DNA from: a candidate division WOR-3 bacterium
GTDB lineage: Bacteria; Hydrothermota; Tepidihabitantia; SM23-42; JAOAFX01
Length of the DNA: 64,000 bases
Assembly: GCA_037444665.1 (NCBI GenBank)
Contig: JBBILZ010000004.1
Location: 1-64,000 of the forward strand
Direction of reading: 5' to 3'
Positions 50,502-59,684 of the stretch are shown here, piece by piece (position 1 is the stretch's first letter; the number at the start of each line of letters is the position of its first letter). The position numbers and the translations under genes were made by a program. Below the pieces are notes generated by a model that saw only the letters and a list, made by a program, of their open reading frames with translations, was not told the origin of the DNA and did not search any database.

Positions 50502-51560
50502 TCACTCTGCCATTATAATCTTATGCCTGTGTTTGGCATATTCGCCATAGGTCAAATAAATACGATTATTCTCAAGCATATCCTTAATCTTTTCTGCCTT
50601 ATCACGCACTTCGTTTATTCTCTCTGTCATTTTGAACACAAAGGCATCGCTACCAGCACCAGAACCAAAAGAGACAAGAAAGATTAAATCATTGGGCTGT
50701 GCTACATCAAGAACTGCGGAAAATCCGGTTGGTGAAGAACCAGAATAGGTATTACCCATTAATGGCACAATCCAGCCCGGCTCAATCTGCTCTTTTTTGA
50801 ATCCTAATCTCTTACCTATGGTCATAGGAAACTTACCATTGGGCATATGAAAGATTGCATATTTGAAGTCCTGTGGTTTGTATCCAGTCTTTTCAAGCAT
50901 CCCTTTGCCTGCATTATAGATATGTTTAAAATACGCCGGGTCACCAGTGAATCTTCCACCATGTCTGGGATAGAACTGGTACTCCCGACGCCAGAAATCC
51001 GGTGTATCAGTTGCCCAGGAATATGTATCAAGAACTTCTACTACAATATTTTCTTTGCCAAAAATAAATGCAGAACCACCAGCAGATGCAGAGAATTCAA
51101 GGGCATCGCCTGGTGCACCCTGAGAAGTATCAGCACCGATTCCCATCGCATATTCCATTAGACCTGCCCTGACCAAACCATATGCCACAAACATCGCCTC
51201 AGTCCCTGCCTTACAGGCAAACTCAAAACTGGCAATGTGGACCTCAGGTGTAATACCAAGAACCTCAGCGACAACTGTTGCCGATGGTTTTACTGCATAA
51301 GGGTGGGATTCAGAACCAACATAGACTGCGCCAATCTTTTTCGGGTCAATTCCCGCACGCTTCAAGGCATTCTTTGCCGCAGCCACAGAAATGGTGATTG
51401 TATCCTCATCCATCCCGGGCACGGTCTTCTCTTTGAGTGCCAATCCCTTTTTTATTGTCTCCGGGTCTCTGCCCCATTGTTTTGCAATCTCATCTACTTT
51501 AATACGATAACGGGGCAGATAAGACCCATAACCCACAATTCCAATCTTTTCAGTTGGCAT
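50502..51560 (-). CDS. archaeal-type hydroxymethylglutaryl-CoA synthase
   Basis: VGSESHPYAVKP, FEFACKAGT (catalytic Cys), DTPDFWRR, FHMPNGKF, GNTYSGS, SFGSGAGSD. Confidence 0.92.
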   Translation of the reverse strand: MPTEKIGIVGYGSYLPRYRIKVDEIAKQWGRDPETIKKGLALKEKTVPGMDEDTITISVAAAKNALKRAGIDPKKIGAVYVGSESHPYAVKPSATVVAEVLGITPEVHIASFEFACKAGTEAMFVAYGLVRAGLMEYAMGIGADTSQGAPGDALEFSASAGGSAFIFGKENIVVEVLDTYSWATDTPDFWRREYQFYPRHGGRFTGDPAYFKHIYNAGKGMLEKTGYKPQDFKYAIFHMPNGKFPMTIGKRLGFKKEQIEPGWIVPLMGNTYSGSSPTGFSAVLDVAQPNDLIFLVSFGSGAGSDAFVFKMTERINEVRDKAEKIKDMLENNRIYLTYGEYAKHRHKIIMAE

Positions 51561-51601
51561 TAATTACCTCCTTAATAATAAAGATTTTATTCTGACTTAA
51601 G

Positions 51602-52633
51602 TCAGAGACCATAATCTTTCATTTCTTTAAGTTCACGCAAAACCTCTCTCATAGGTGGGGCATCAAACCATTTTCTCTTTGTCAGGCCATTTGTATATGC
51701 CTGATATATCAAACTTATCGCCCTGTATAACTCTCTGGTGAGAGGCGGGGGTGATGATTTCACATTTGATTTCCAATTAACCCTGTCTCTTTTCTTTGCC
51801 TCTTCCACATCCTTGAACCACTCTGTATTACGATAAAATATCCGTGCGATCTCCTTGCTCACAGGTAAACCTTCATAGGTGAACCTACATTCATCCAGTG
51901 TTCCCAGGGCATCAACAAGGACAAAATTACGTTGCTCATCAAAACCGAGTTCAATCTTACCATCCTCATTAAACAGACCAAGAGATTTGGTCTCTTTTGT
52001 AATCAATTCGTTGATAATAGCAACTATCCTTTTCATCTCATCAAGTTCTTTGTCAGATAGTGCACAAATATTTTTAGCCTCATCCCAGGAAAGATACCTA
52101 TCAGTAATCTCAAGTTTTGTTGAAACATCATAGATCGGTCTATCAAGGACCTGCCCTGGTTCAGGCATCTTATCAAATCCGATATCAGATAATTTCAAAG
52201 TTCCCTCTTTTAAGCGCTTGAATACTGATGAACCACCAGGTAGGGCATTGCGATAGATTACCTCAAGGGGTATTAAGAAGTTATTCTTCTCTTTTTGATA
52301 AATAGAATAATCATACACATTACCTGTTAAGGCTGGTCTTATCACCCTGAGGATTTTTACCTCAATTGTATTGGAAGGCTTTGATAATTCATTCAAGCGT
52401 TTGGGTTTTCCATCCTCAACAACACCAAGATAATGGGTCTTTATTCCGAGTTCCTCAGCCTTTTCAAAAAAATAGGCAGTGGCAATGCAGATTGCAGCAC
52501 CTTTATTTAATATATGGTCAGGCATCTCACCCCAGTCAAAGACTGAATATCTATCTGAAAAGACAAATCTACCAATGCCAGGTTCTTTATCTGTTGGTTC
52601 TTTTATTATATTCAAATCTTTGACACTACCCAT
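51602..52633 (-). CDS. purC: SAICAR synthetase (long, archaeal-like form)
   Basis: MGSVKDL, FSDRYSVFDWG, PLEVIYRN, STKLE, EDGKIELG, DALGTLDECRF. Confidence 0.9.
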   Translation of the reverse strand: MGSVKDLNIIKEPTDKEPGIGRFVFSDRYSVFDWGEMPDHILNKGAAICIATAYFFEKAEELGIKTHYLGVVEDGKPKRLNELSKPSNTIEVKILRVIRPALTGNVYDYSIYQKEKNNFLIPLEVIYRNALPGGSSVFKRLKEGTLKLSDIGFDKMPEPGQVLDRPIYDVSTKLEITDRYLSWDEAKNICALSDKELDEMKRIVAIINELITKETKSLGLFNEDGKIELGFDEQRNFVLVDALGTLDECRFTYEGLPVSKEIARIFYRNTEWFKDVEEAKKRDRVNWKSNVKSSPPPLTRELYRAISLIYQAYTNGLTKRKWFDAPPMREVLRELKEMKDYGL

Positions 52634-53099
52634 TCTTAATCTCCTCATCTGCCTTTTCCAGTTCTTTTTTCTTCTCGTCTTGATATGCCGCTACCTTTGA
52701 TGTAAGGGTCTTATCAGATAAAGCAAGAATCTTTATTGCGGCAAGGCCTGCCTCTTCAGGTTCAAGGATTGTAAGGGGGCATACTCCAGAGGGCATGCGC
52801 AGGGTAGAAAAGATATCTGCACCAGAGAACTTCTCACTATAAGGTGGACAGGCAATCACTGGCTTTGTTGTATTTGCATCAACAAAACCGCTCAGGGCAT
52901 TACTCCTGCCTGCAACTGTGATAAAGACGACATTCTCGTTTCCATAGGACTTAATGATTTCAAGGACTCTTAAGGGAACTTTATGGGCAGAGGCGACCCG
53001 CATTATGCAACCAACCCCAAATCCCTCTATTACCTTCGCAATCTTTTTACAATGCTCAAGGTCTCCTTTAGACCCCATAATGATGACTACCTTTGCCAT
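52626..53099 (-). CDS. purE: AIR carboxylase / N5-CAIR mutase
   Basis: IIMGSKGD, VASAHK, VAGRSNALSG, STLRMPSG. Confidence 0.92.
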   Translation of the reverse strand: MAKVVIIMGSKGDLEHCKKIAKVIEGFGVGCIMRVASAHKVPLRVLEIIKSYGNENVVFITVAGRSNALSGFVDANTTKPVIACPPYSEKFSGADIFSTLRMPSGVCPLTILEPEEAGLAAIKILALSDKTLTSKVAAYQDEKKKELEKADEEIKNG

Positions 53100-53174
53100 T
53101 CATACCCCTTTCTTTTAATAAATTTTATTATATTCAAAAAAGGCATTGAGGTCAATAAAAATCGGTGACTCCCT

Positions 53175-54149
53175 TTATTTTTGGTCTTTTAAGTACTTAT
53201 CAAAAAACCCAAGCACCCTTTCAAAGAATTCCGGATAGTTAACAAATTCTGGACCATTAATTCCGCCGTGCTCAGCTCCTGGTACTATCCATAATTCTTT
53301 TGGTCCTTTTAGTTTTTTCGCCACCTTTTCTGACATCCATACCGGTGTCCGATTATCTTTTTCACCAACAATCAAAAATACTGGAATTGTTATCTTCTCT
53401 GCTGCATTGATGGGTAATAATTCTTCTGGATAATCTTCAGGGATTACAAAATTTCTTTCGGGTAAAGATTTCTTAAGAACTGCTAAGAGTTCCTCAAATG
53501 AACTCATCAATGCCCTGCCCGCATAAGCAGCAATGCCATTTCTCTTTGCGATAATGGCAAAAGAGAGATAAGCTCCTGTTGAAAAACCCATAACTCCAAT
53601 TCTTGTAGTATCAACTTCTAACCTCTGTTTCACATAATCAATCGCTGCATCATAATCAGTAATAAATTCGGTGCAGCATAAACGTTCCGGGTTTATTTGC
53701 CAGTCAGCACTCACACCAAAACCACGCCAGTCAAAGAGAAATACATTGTAGCCTTTTGTAAAAAAATGGTAGGCATAAAAGATAAACTGGGTCATATTCC
53801 CTGCATCGCCACCACAGATAATCAGCGTGGGCCTTCGGGAATCATCCATAGTTTGATATTCACGCGGTGCTGGTTTTAATTCATTTGGAACCGGCACCAT
53901 TCTGCCGATGATGGAATTGGCAATGCCTGCCGTCTCCTGGGCAGGGATAAACCATCCTCTCAAATTTAGACTATCAGATGTGAGAAACTCAACCTCCTGA
54001 TAAATTATCCCATAATCTGAAGGTATCGCCTTATACTCTCGCTCTGGTTTGAGTGCGTATGAGGGGAAAAAAACAAATAATAGCAATACTAAATATAATG
54101 CATATTGTTTAAAACACATATCAGTTCTTAATTGTGGTAGAGTAAACAT
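53175..54149 (-). CDS. exported alpha/beta hydrolase
   Basis: FDWRGFG, GFSTG nucleophile elbow, GEKDNRTP, GAEH. Confidence 0.85.
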   Translation of the reverse strand: MFTLPQLRTDMCFKQYALYLVLLLFVFFPSYALKPEREYKAIPSDYGIIYQEVEFLTSDSLNLRGWFIPAQETAGIANSIIGRMVPVPNELKPAPREYQTMDDSRRPTLIICGGDAGNMTQFIFYAYHFFTKGYNVFLFDWRGFGVSADWQINPERLCCTEFITDYDAAIDYVKQRLEVDTTRIGVMGFSTGAYLSFAIIAKRNGIAAYAGRALMSSFEELLAVLKKSLPERNFVIPEDYPEELLPINAAEKITIPVFLIVGEKDNRTPVWMSEKVAKKLKGPKELWIVPGAEHGGINGPEFVNYPEFFERVLGFFDKYLKDQK

Positions 54150-54245
54150 CAAACCTCCTTTCACCCCATCCCTGAAATAAATTTAGGACATGTTCTCTTT
54201 TTAATGTTACAAAAACTTTTGTCAAATTGACCATTAGAATCTATC

Positions 54246-54860
54246 CTAAGATACATTCGTGGTTTGTGTCTTCCTATATGAATACATCAACAAAAGGAGC
54301 CAGGCACCATATATGAGACCAGCAGCTATTGTTAAAAAACCGATTATTCTTACAAAACTGGCAATCACGATATCCATAGTCAGAAGTCCTAATTTACCGA
54401 GGAGATAGTTCCAATCATGGGTTATCGGTCCTGTGACACCAAAAAGTGTTACTAAAGGTAATTCCATTGTCCGCGCATCCGCAATATAATTGGCAACACC
54501 GAAAAAATTCGTTGCCAGCCAGACAAGGGCGACCGAAATCGCAAAGAAATCACGCTGATGATAAAACATAATTATACCGATTACCGGAATCAAACATTGC
54601 AAAAATGAACCACCGAGCGTGCAGATAAAATTACCAAAGAGTGCAAAGACAAGGTGACCGAGTTCATGAATACAAAGATTTAATGGAGCAAATATACCTT
54701 GATTATCAAAGCCGGGTATATTACGCACAAAGAGATAAAAAAGATAAAGGTAGAGTAAGAACCGGAGTTGCCAGCGCCGACCCAGACACCAATTTTTGGA
54801 CTTCTGGAGGAAACGGAACAAAAAATCACTAACATGTGCTTTCAACCCCACAGATTCCAA
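54246..54860 (-). CDS. membrane protein with HExxH motif (M50-like)
   Basis: IHELGHLVF, YIADA, HDWNYLL. Confidence 0.65.
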   Translation of the reverse strand: MESVGLKAHVSDFLFRFLQKSKNWCLGRRWQLRFLLYLYLFYLFVRNIPGFDNQGIFAPLNLCIHELGHLVFALFGNFICTLGGSFLQCLIPVIGIIMFYHQRDFFAISVALVWLATNFFGVANYIADARTMELPLVTLFGVTGPITHDWNYLLGKLGLLTMDIVIASFVRIIGFLTIAAGLIYGAWLLLLMYSYRKTQTTNVS

Positions 54861-54889
54861 GTGCCTCCTTTAAATCATTTCAGTTGTTC

Positions 54890-54914
54890 GGACAGGGACG
54901 AGCCCTGTCCCTAC
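54890..54914 (-). repeat. GTAG-type REP-like palindrome
   Basis: Minus strand GTAG + GGACAGGG-CTCGT-CCCTGTCC. Confidence 0.75.
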
Positions 54915-54982
54915 ATTATAACATATCGTCGCCTATGGGACGGTCAAGAATCCCGTCTTCGGCATTCGTTAAAGGGAAAGGG

Positions 54983-55372
54983 TCATTTAGTATATTTCCG
55001 TAATGCATCTTTTATCATTCTTTTGGATGGATATGGATACTGTTTTCCTTTGTAATAATAAATTCGGCAACCACAACTGCATTCCTGTTTTACAAATTCA
55101 GTGGTCTGTTTGCTTTTTGAAAGTTCTTCGCAAGGTAGACATCGTGCCTTATCTATTGTCTCCTGAATATCTTCTCCATTTATCCTGATTGTAGGTGAAC
55201 CGACAAATTTATATTTTTTTGCCTTTGCTGCAGTGTCTATCAAGATTTCTTTAATTTCTGATTTTATATTGAGTTCTTTCAAAGATTCCTTGAGCAATTT
55301 CTTTGTTATTAAACACCAGGGGCAATCAAGAATATAAAGATATTCAATTTTTAATGAAGGTTTTTTTCTCAT
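54983..55372 (-). CDS. thioredoxin-like protein (DUF2703-like)
   Basis: DCPWC, FVGSPTIRINGEDI, CRIYYY. Confidence 0.75.
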   Translation of the reverse strand: MRKKPSLKIEYLYILDCPWCLITKKLLKESLKELNIKSEIKEILIDTAAKAKKYKFVGSPTIRINGEDIQETIDKARCLPCEELSKSKQTTEFVKQECSCGCRIYYYKGKQYPYPSKRMIKDALRKYTK

Positions 55373-55390
55373 AATTCTCCTAAAGTTATG

Positions 55391-56563
55391 CTATCCTATT
55401 CTTTTCAATGCCTGTTCAAGGTCGGCAATCAAATCATCAACATTTTCAATACCTACTGACATACGCACAAATCCTGGATTTATTCCCGCCTTTACCAACT
55501 CCTCTTCAGTATATGTGGAATGGGTCATTGATGCAGGATGCTCAATAAGGGTATCTGTATCACCGAGGCTTACTGCAAGGGTGAATAATTTGATTGAATT
55601 CATAAGAATTTTTCCTGCCTCTTTTCCACCCTTTAAATCAAATCCTAACATACCACCAAATGCCCGCATCTGCTTTTTGGCAATATTATGACCAGGATGG
55701 TCTTCAAGACCAGGATAATAGACCTTCTCTACCTTGGGATGGCTTTTCAAAAATCGTGCGATTGCCATAGCGTTTTCACAATGTCTCTCCATCCGCACTG
55801 CCAATGTTCTCAGACCCCGTAAAATCAGCCAGGCATTCACCGGTGAAATACAGCCGCCAACATCCTTTGCAATTCCATCCCCCATTACTTTTATCAAATC
55901 TTTTTTCCCGACAACTATTCCACCAATCAAATCTCCATGGCCACCAAGATACTTTGTTGCGGAATGCAATACTATATCCGCGCCAAGTTCTATTGGTCTT
56001 TGCAGATATGGTGTGGCAAATGTGTTATCCACACAGAGTAAAATTTTATGTTTATGCGCAATGCCGGCTATTTTGGCGATATCATTTATTTTTAAAGTGG
56101 GATTGGCTGGTGATTCAATGAGAATCATTTTTGTTTTTGGCTGGATGGTTGATTCAATCTCCTTTTCGTCGGTGGTGTCCACAAAAGTAGTAGTAATTCC
56201 TATGCGCGGTAAGACATTTTGAAAAAGGGCATAAGTGCCGCCATAGATTACCTTATCACATAAAATATGCTCCCCATTTTTGCAAACGGTGAGCACCGTG
56301 GCAAATATTGCTGCCATACCTGAGGCAAATGCCAATCCTGCCTCAGCTGACTCAAGTAGAGCCATCTTTTGTGCCAGTAAATTAATGGTTGGATTACCCA
56401 AACGGGTATAAATATATCCTTCTTCTTCTTGTTTAAATAATCGTGCACCGTGATCAACATCTTTAAAAACAAATGTAGATGTCATATAAATTGGCGGAAC
56501 ATGGGCACCAGTCTTTTCATCGTGATGCACACCACCATGCACGATATTCGTCTCTATGTGCAT
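55391..56563 (-). CDS. methionine gamma-lyase (Cys/Met metabolism PLP enzyme)
   Basis: YIYTRLGNPT, SGMAA, DNTFATP, HSATKYLGGHGD, AVSLG, HPASMTH. Confidence 0.85.
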   Translation of the reverse strand: MHIETNIVHGGVHHDEKTGAHVPPIYMTSTFVFKDVDHGARLFKQEEEGYIYTRLGNPTINLLAQKMALLESAEAGLAFASGMAAIFATVLTVCKNGEHILCDKVIYGGTYALFQNVLPRIGITTTFVDTTDEKEIESTIQPKTKMILIESPANPTLKINDIAKIAGIAHKHKILLCVDNTFATPYLQRPIELGADIVLHSATKYLGGHGDLIGGIVVGKKDLIKVMGDGIAKDVGGCISPVNAWLILRGLRTLAVRMERHCENAMAIARFLKSHPKVEKVYYPGLEDHPGHNIAKKQMRAFGGMLGFDLKGGKEAGKILMNSIKLFTLAVSLGDTDTLIEHPASMTHSTYTEEELVKAGINPGFVRMSVGIENVDDLIADLEQALKRIG

Positions 56564-56580
56564 AAAAACCTCCTATCAAG

Positions 56581-56630
56581 AAAACCCAAATCCCAAATAG
56601 CAAATCCCAAACAAGCTCCAATATGCAAAC
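56581..56630. repeat. degenerate heptamer tandem repeat (AAATCCC-like)
   Basis: aaaaccc aaatccc aaatagc aaatccc aaac aagctcc aatatgc. Confidence 0.55.
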
Positions 56631-56712
56631 TATTAACAAAAGAATAATTTGATCTCTTGAAATTTCTCCTAATCGCGACCTTCTCAAACAAATTTCCTGA
56701 TACAGTCATAAA

Positions 56713-57018
56713 TTATCCAATCTTCAACATTGCTCTATCTATCTTATATTTTTCGCAGATACGTTCAATCACTGAATCAGGGACCTGTGCACCAATTCGC
56801 TCATATCTTTCGTATTCTTTTTTAGTCAACCCTATCGATTTCGCAAACTCCCCGGTTGACATTTGTAATTCTGTCCTGAATCTCCACAGTCTCTGTGGTG
56901 TTCCGTCGCGATTACATTTAATATCCTCCCAATATCTAATCTTCTCGGGCGGATAGTATTTTTTGATGAACATTAACATCTGATATGAATTAATCAGCCG
57001 CTGTTTATAAATATTCAT
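56713..57018 (-). CDS. XRE-family HTH protein
   Basis: RLWRFRTELQMSTGEFAKSIGLTKKEYERYERIG..P; ATGA-coupled to the upstream gene. Confidence 0.7.
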   Translation of the reverse strand: MNIYKQRLINSYQMLMFIKKYYPPEKIRYWEDIKCNRDGTPQRLWRFRTELQMSTGEFAKSIGLTKKEYERYERIGAQVPDSVIERICEKYKIDRAMLKIG

Positions 57019-57488
57019 AATTCTTTTAAATTCTTGACATCCCTTATATCAATATCGCGACCCGCCCTGCTCTTTATTCTTATGAGTTCATCCTTGTCTA
57101 TAACTTCAAACTTGACCCCTTCTATCTCAATCTTAACCTTTTTTAACTTATCATAGTCGTAAATTAAAACGACATCAAGATTGAAAGCATTTTTTTGGTC
57201 TCTGAAATTGATTACCCCGGCATTCTTTTTTCTTATCCACTCACTCCTTTTCTTCTTATCCGATAGTTCTAATGGATTGATGGGAACAAGGGGTGAAAGA
57301 TGAAACTCCTTGAGGATTTTGTTGAATTTCTTTACATTGGATGGTGAAAATTGCAGGACAATATCAAGGTCAAAGGTTGCCCTGGGAACACCATGGATAA
57401 TTGCTGCCACTCCTCCTACAACTGCATATTTTATCTTCGCTTCGCTGAGCCTTCTGATAATTGCAAAGAATGGTGGAAGCATACCCAT
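57015..57488 (-). CDS. nucleotidyltransferase-fold protein (DUF6036-like)
   Basis: YAVVGGVAAIIHGVPRATFDLDIV, LIRIK..AGRDID..DV..L. Confidence 0.75.
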   Translation of the reverse strand: MGMLPPFFAIIRRLSEAKIKYAVVGGVAAIIHGVPRATFDLDIVLQFSPSNVKKFNKILKEFHLSPLVPINPLELSDKKKRSEWIRKKNAGVINFRDQKNAFNLDVVLIYDYDKLKKVKIEIEGVKFEVIDKDELIRIKSRAGRDIDIRDVKNLKEL

Positions 57489-57489
57489 T

Positions 57490-58329
57490 TTATTCTTCAG
57501 TAAGTTCAATCAATACACCACCTGCGGTCTGGGGATGGATAAAGGCAATCTTTTTGCCCATTGCACCCTTGCGGGGTTTTTCATCTATCAATTTCACACC
57601 AGATTTTTTTAACTCTTCCAGTACCTCTTCAATATTCTCAACTGCAAAGGCAATGTGGTGCAAGCCCTCTCCCCTTTTTTCAATAAATTTGGCAACCGTG
57701 CTCTCTGGATTCAATGGTTCAAGTAATTCAATATGTGTATCACCGATTTCCAGCATTGCAACCTTTACTTTTTGCGCAGGAACTTCTTCTATGGTAAGCA
57801 GGGTCAATCCTAAAACATCCTGCCAGAACTTGAGACTCTCGGTGATGCTCTTTACTGCGATGGCGATATGGGACAAAAAATAGTAAGTAGTATAAGGTTT
57901 CTGGGCATAGCGGCCAGTATGGTCATTAGGCGTGGTCTTATGTTTCCGGTATTTGAAATTATCCCAGGCCTGAGCCAAATTAAACAATTGACGTGCACAT
58001 ATATCATAGACTTTTATTAGTCTCTCACAAGTTTCTACTTCAATATGGTAGATATCCTTGATATGTTCTAAACTTACAATAGTTTCGTTGCACTCTGCCA
58101 TAGCATCATCAAGATATTTTTGAAATCCAGACTTCTGATGCTTTTTTGCAAAGCCTTCACTTATTAAACGGGGGATCGCCTTTGACGACCTACTTAATTG
58201 CTCGTAGAGATCATATTTTTCACTTGCTGGCAACTTCGGTAAGATAACTCTTGCAATCTCAATAGATGCCCGATATGCATTTTGAAAAACTTCCAAATCA
58301 CGGAAACTCCGTATAGGCTTTTTATTCAT
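57490..58329 (-). CDS. in-frame fusion of a four-helix-bundle (23S rRNA IVP family) protein and methylmalonyl-CoA epimerase
   Basis: N-terminal [50 protein letters not shown]-terminal [38 protein letters not shown]. Confidence 0.88.
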   Translation of the reverse strand: MNKKPIRSFRDLEVFQNAYRASIEIARVILPKLPASEKYDLYEQLSRSSKAIPRLISEGFAKKHQKSGFQKYLDDAMAECNETIVSLEHIKDIYHIEVETCERLIKVYDICARQLFNLAQAWDNFKYRKHKTTPNDHTGRYAQKPYTTYYFLSHIAIAVKSITESLKFWQDVLGLTLLTIEEVPAQKVKVAMLEIGDTHIELLEPLNPESTVAKFIEKRGEGLHHIAFAVENIEEVLEELKKSGVKLIDEKPRKGAMGKKIAFIHPQTAGGVLIELTEE

Positions 58330-58380
58330 AAGAAATAAACCTATAACCTAAAACCATACTGGCAGCTATGCCCAATAACC
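57896..58380 (-). mobile_element. inverted-repeat cassette family A, loaded copy enclosing the four-helix-bundle ORF
   Basis: Arms tgggcatagcggccagtatggtcattagg (57902-57930) and cctaaaaccatactggcagctatgccca (58347-58374) are near-perfect reverse complements. Mobility is inferred only. Confidence 0.6.
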
Positions 58381-58388
58381 ATAAACCA

Positions 58389-59684
58389 CTATAACAATTT
58401 TCTCTTCTTTGCTTCTTCTTCAAGCCAGGGGCGGAATTTAGGATGAGCAATATTAATCAATGCTTCTGCACGCTGACGAAGATTTTTCCCATGAAGATAG
58501 GCAACCCCATATTCTGTAACAACATAATGAACATCCGCCCGTGTCGTTACTACACCAGCACCAACTTGAAGTGTTGGGACAATCTTTGAAAGTGTATCAT
58601 TCTTTGCAGTTGAGGGTAAGGCGATTATTGGTTTTCCGCCTTTTGCCTGGGCAGCACCACGGATAAAGTCAACTTGACCACCAAATCCAGAATAGATTTT
58701 TGTGCCAATTGAGTCTGAACAGACCTGGCCTGTAATATCAACCTCAATCGCCGAGTTTATTGCTATCATCTTGTCATTGCGTGCGACCACAACAGGATGA
58801 TTAGTATAGTTGGTAGGATGGGTCTCAAAGATAGGATTATTATCAATAAATTCATAAAGCCTTTTAGTGCCAAGATAGAATGTTGCCACAACTTTATAGG
58901 GATGGAGTGTCTTTTTTGCACCAGTGATAACTCCTGCCTCAATAGCCTCCATTATACTATCTGATACCATCTCAGTATGCACACCCAAATCCCTCTTGTC
59001 AAACATTGCTTTCAATGCCGCATTTGGTATACCGCCAATTCCCAGTTGCAAAGTAGAACCATCTTCAACTAAATTGGCAATATATGAACCAATCTTTTTC
59101 TCAACTTCAGTGAATGGTATACTTTCAAGTTCAGGTAAATCCGCATTAACCTCAACTATCTTATGAACCCTGGAAATATGAATAAACGAATCACCCAGGG
59201 TGCGGGGCATCTTCTCGTTCACCTGGGCAATGACAATCTTTGCAGTCTCAGCCGCTGCCTTTGATGAAAGGCATTCAACACCAAAACTCATAAAACCATG
59301 TTCATCTGGTGGTGAAAGATGCAAAAACGCAACATCAATAGGTAATAAACCAGAATAGAATAAATCTGGTATTTCATACAAAAATACGGGTATATAATCA
59401 GCGCGCCCGTCATTTACTGCCGCACGATCACCCGGACCAACAAACAAAGAGTTGTGTCTGAAATGCCCTTCCATACCTGGTTTTGACAATGGGTCATCGC
59501 CAAAAAGTAAAACATGTGTCACCTCAACATTCTTCAATTCATCCTTGCGTGTAGCAAGTGCCTGGGTAAGGGTCATTGGTGTCGCCGCATTCCCGCTTAT
59601 GTAAATTCGGTCGTTACTCTTTACTACAGATACTGCTTCTTCAATTGAACATTTTTTCTTTTTATATTCATCAAACCAGGTCAT
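58389..59684 (-). CDS. acetyl-CoA hydrolase/transferase (4-hydroxybutyrate CoA-transferase-like)
   Basis: SPPDEHG, TLQLGIGGIP, LGVHTEM, SGFGGQVDF, VVTEYG. Confidence 0.9.
   Translation of the reverse strand: MTWFDEYKKKKCSIEEAVSVVKSNDRIYISGNAATPMTLTQALATRKDELKNVEVTHVLLFGDDPLSKPGMEGHFRHNSLFVGPGDRAAVNDGRADYIPVFLYEIPDLFYSGLLPIDVAFLHLSPPDEHGFMSFGVECLSSKAAAETAKIVIAQVNEKMPRTLGDSFIHISRVHKIVEVNADLPELESIPFTEVEKKIGSYIANLVEDGSTLQLGIGGIPNAALKAMFDKRDLGVHTEMVSDSIMEAIEAGVITGAKKTLHPYKVVATFYLGTKRLYEFIDNNPIFETHPTNYTNHPVVVARNDKMIAINSAIEVDITGQVCSDSIGTKIYSGFGGQVDFIRGAAQAKGGKPIIALPSTAKNDTLSKIVPTLQVGAGVVTTRADVHYVVTEYGVAYLHGKNLRQRAEALINIAHPKFRPWLEEEAKKRKLL

Noticed and set aside
53100..53174. Purine/ZTP riboswitch upstream of purE
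   Set aside because: Only 75 bp, taken up by a promoter-like sequence and RBS
58360..58388. ATG GTT ATT GGG CAT in the 5' arm as a spliced or bypassed start for mce (MVIGH joined to IAIAV)
   Set aside because: Suggestive, but it has no SD and the same text is part of the repeat consensus; not supportable without RNA data
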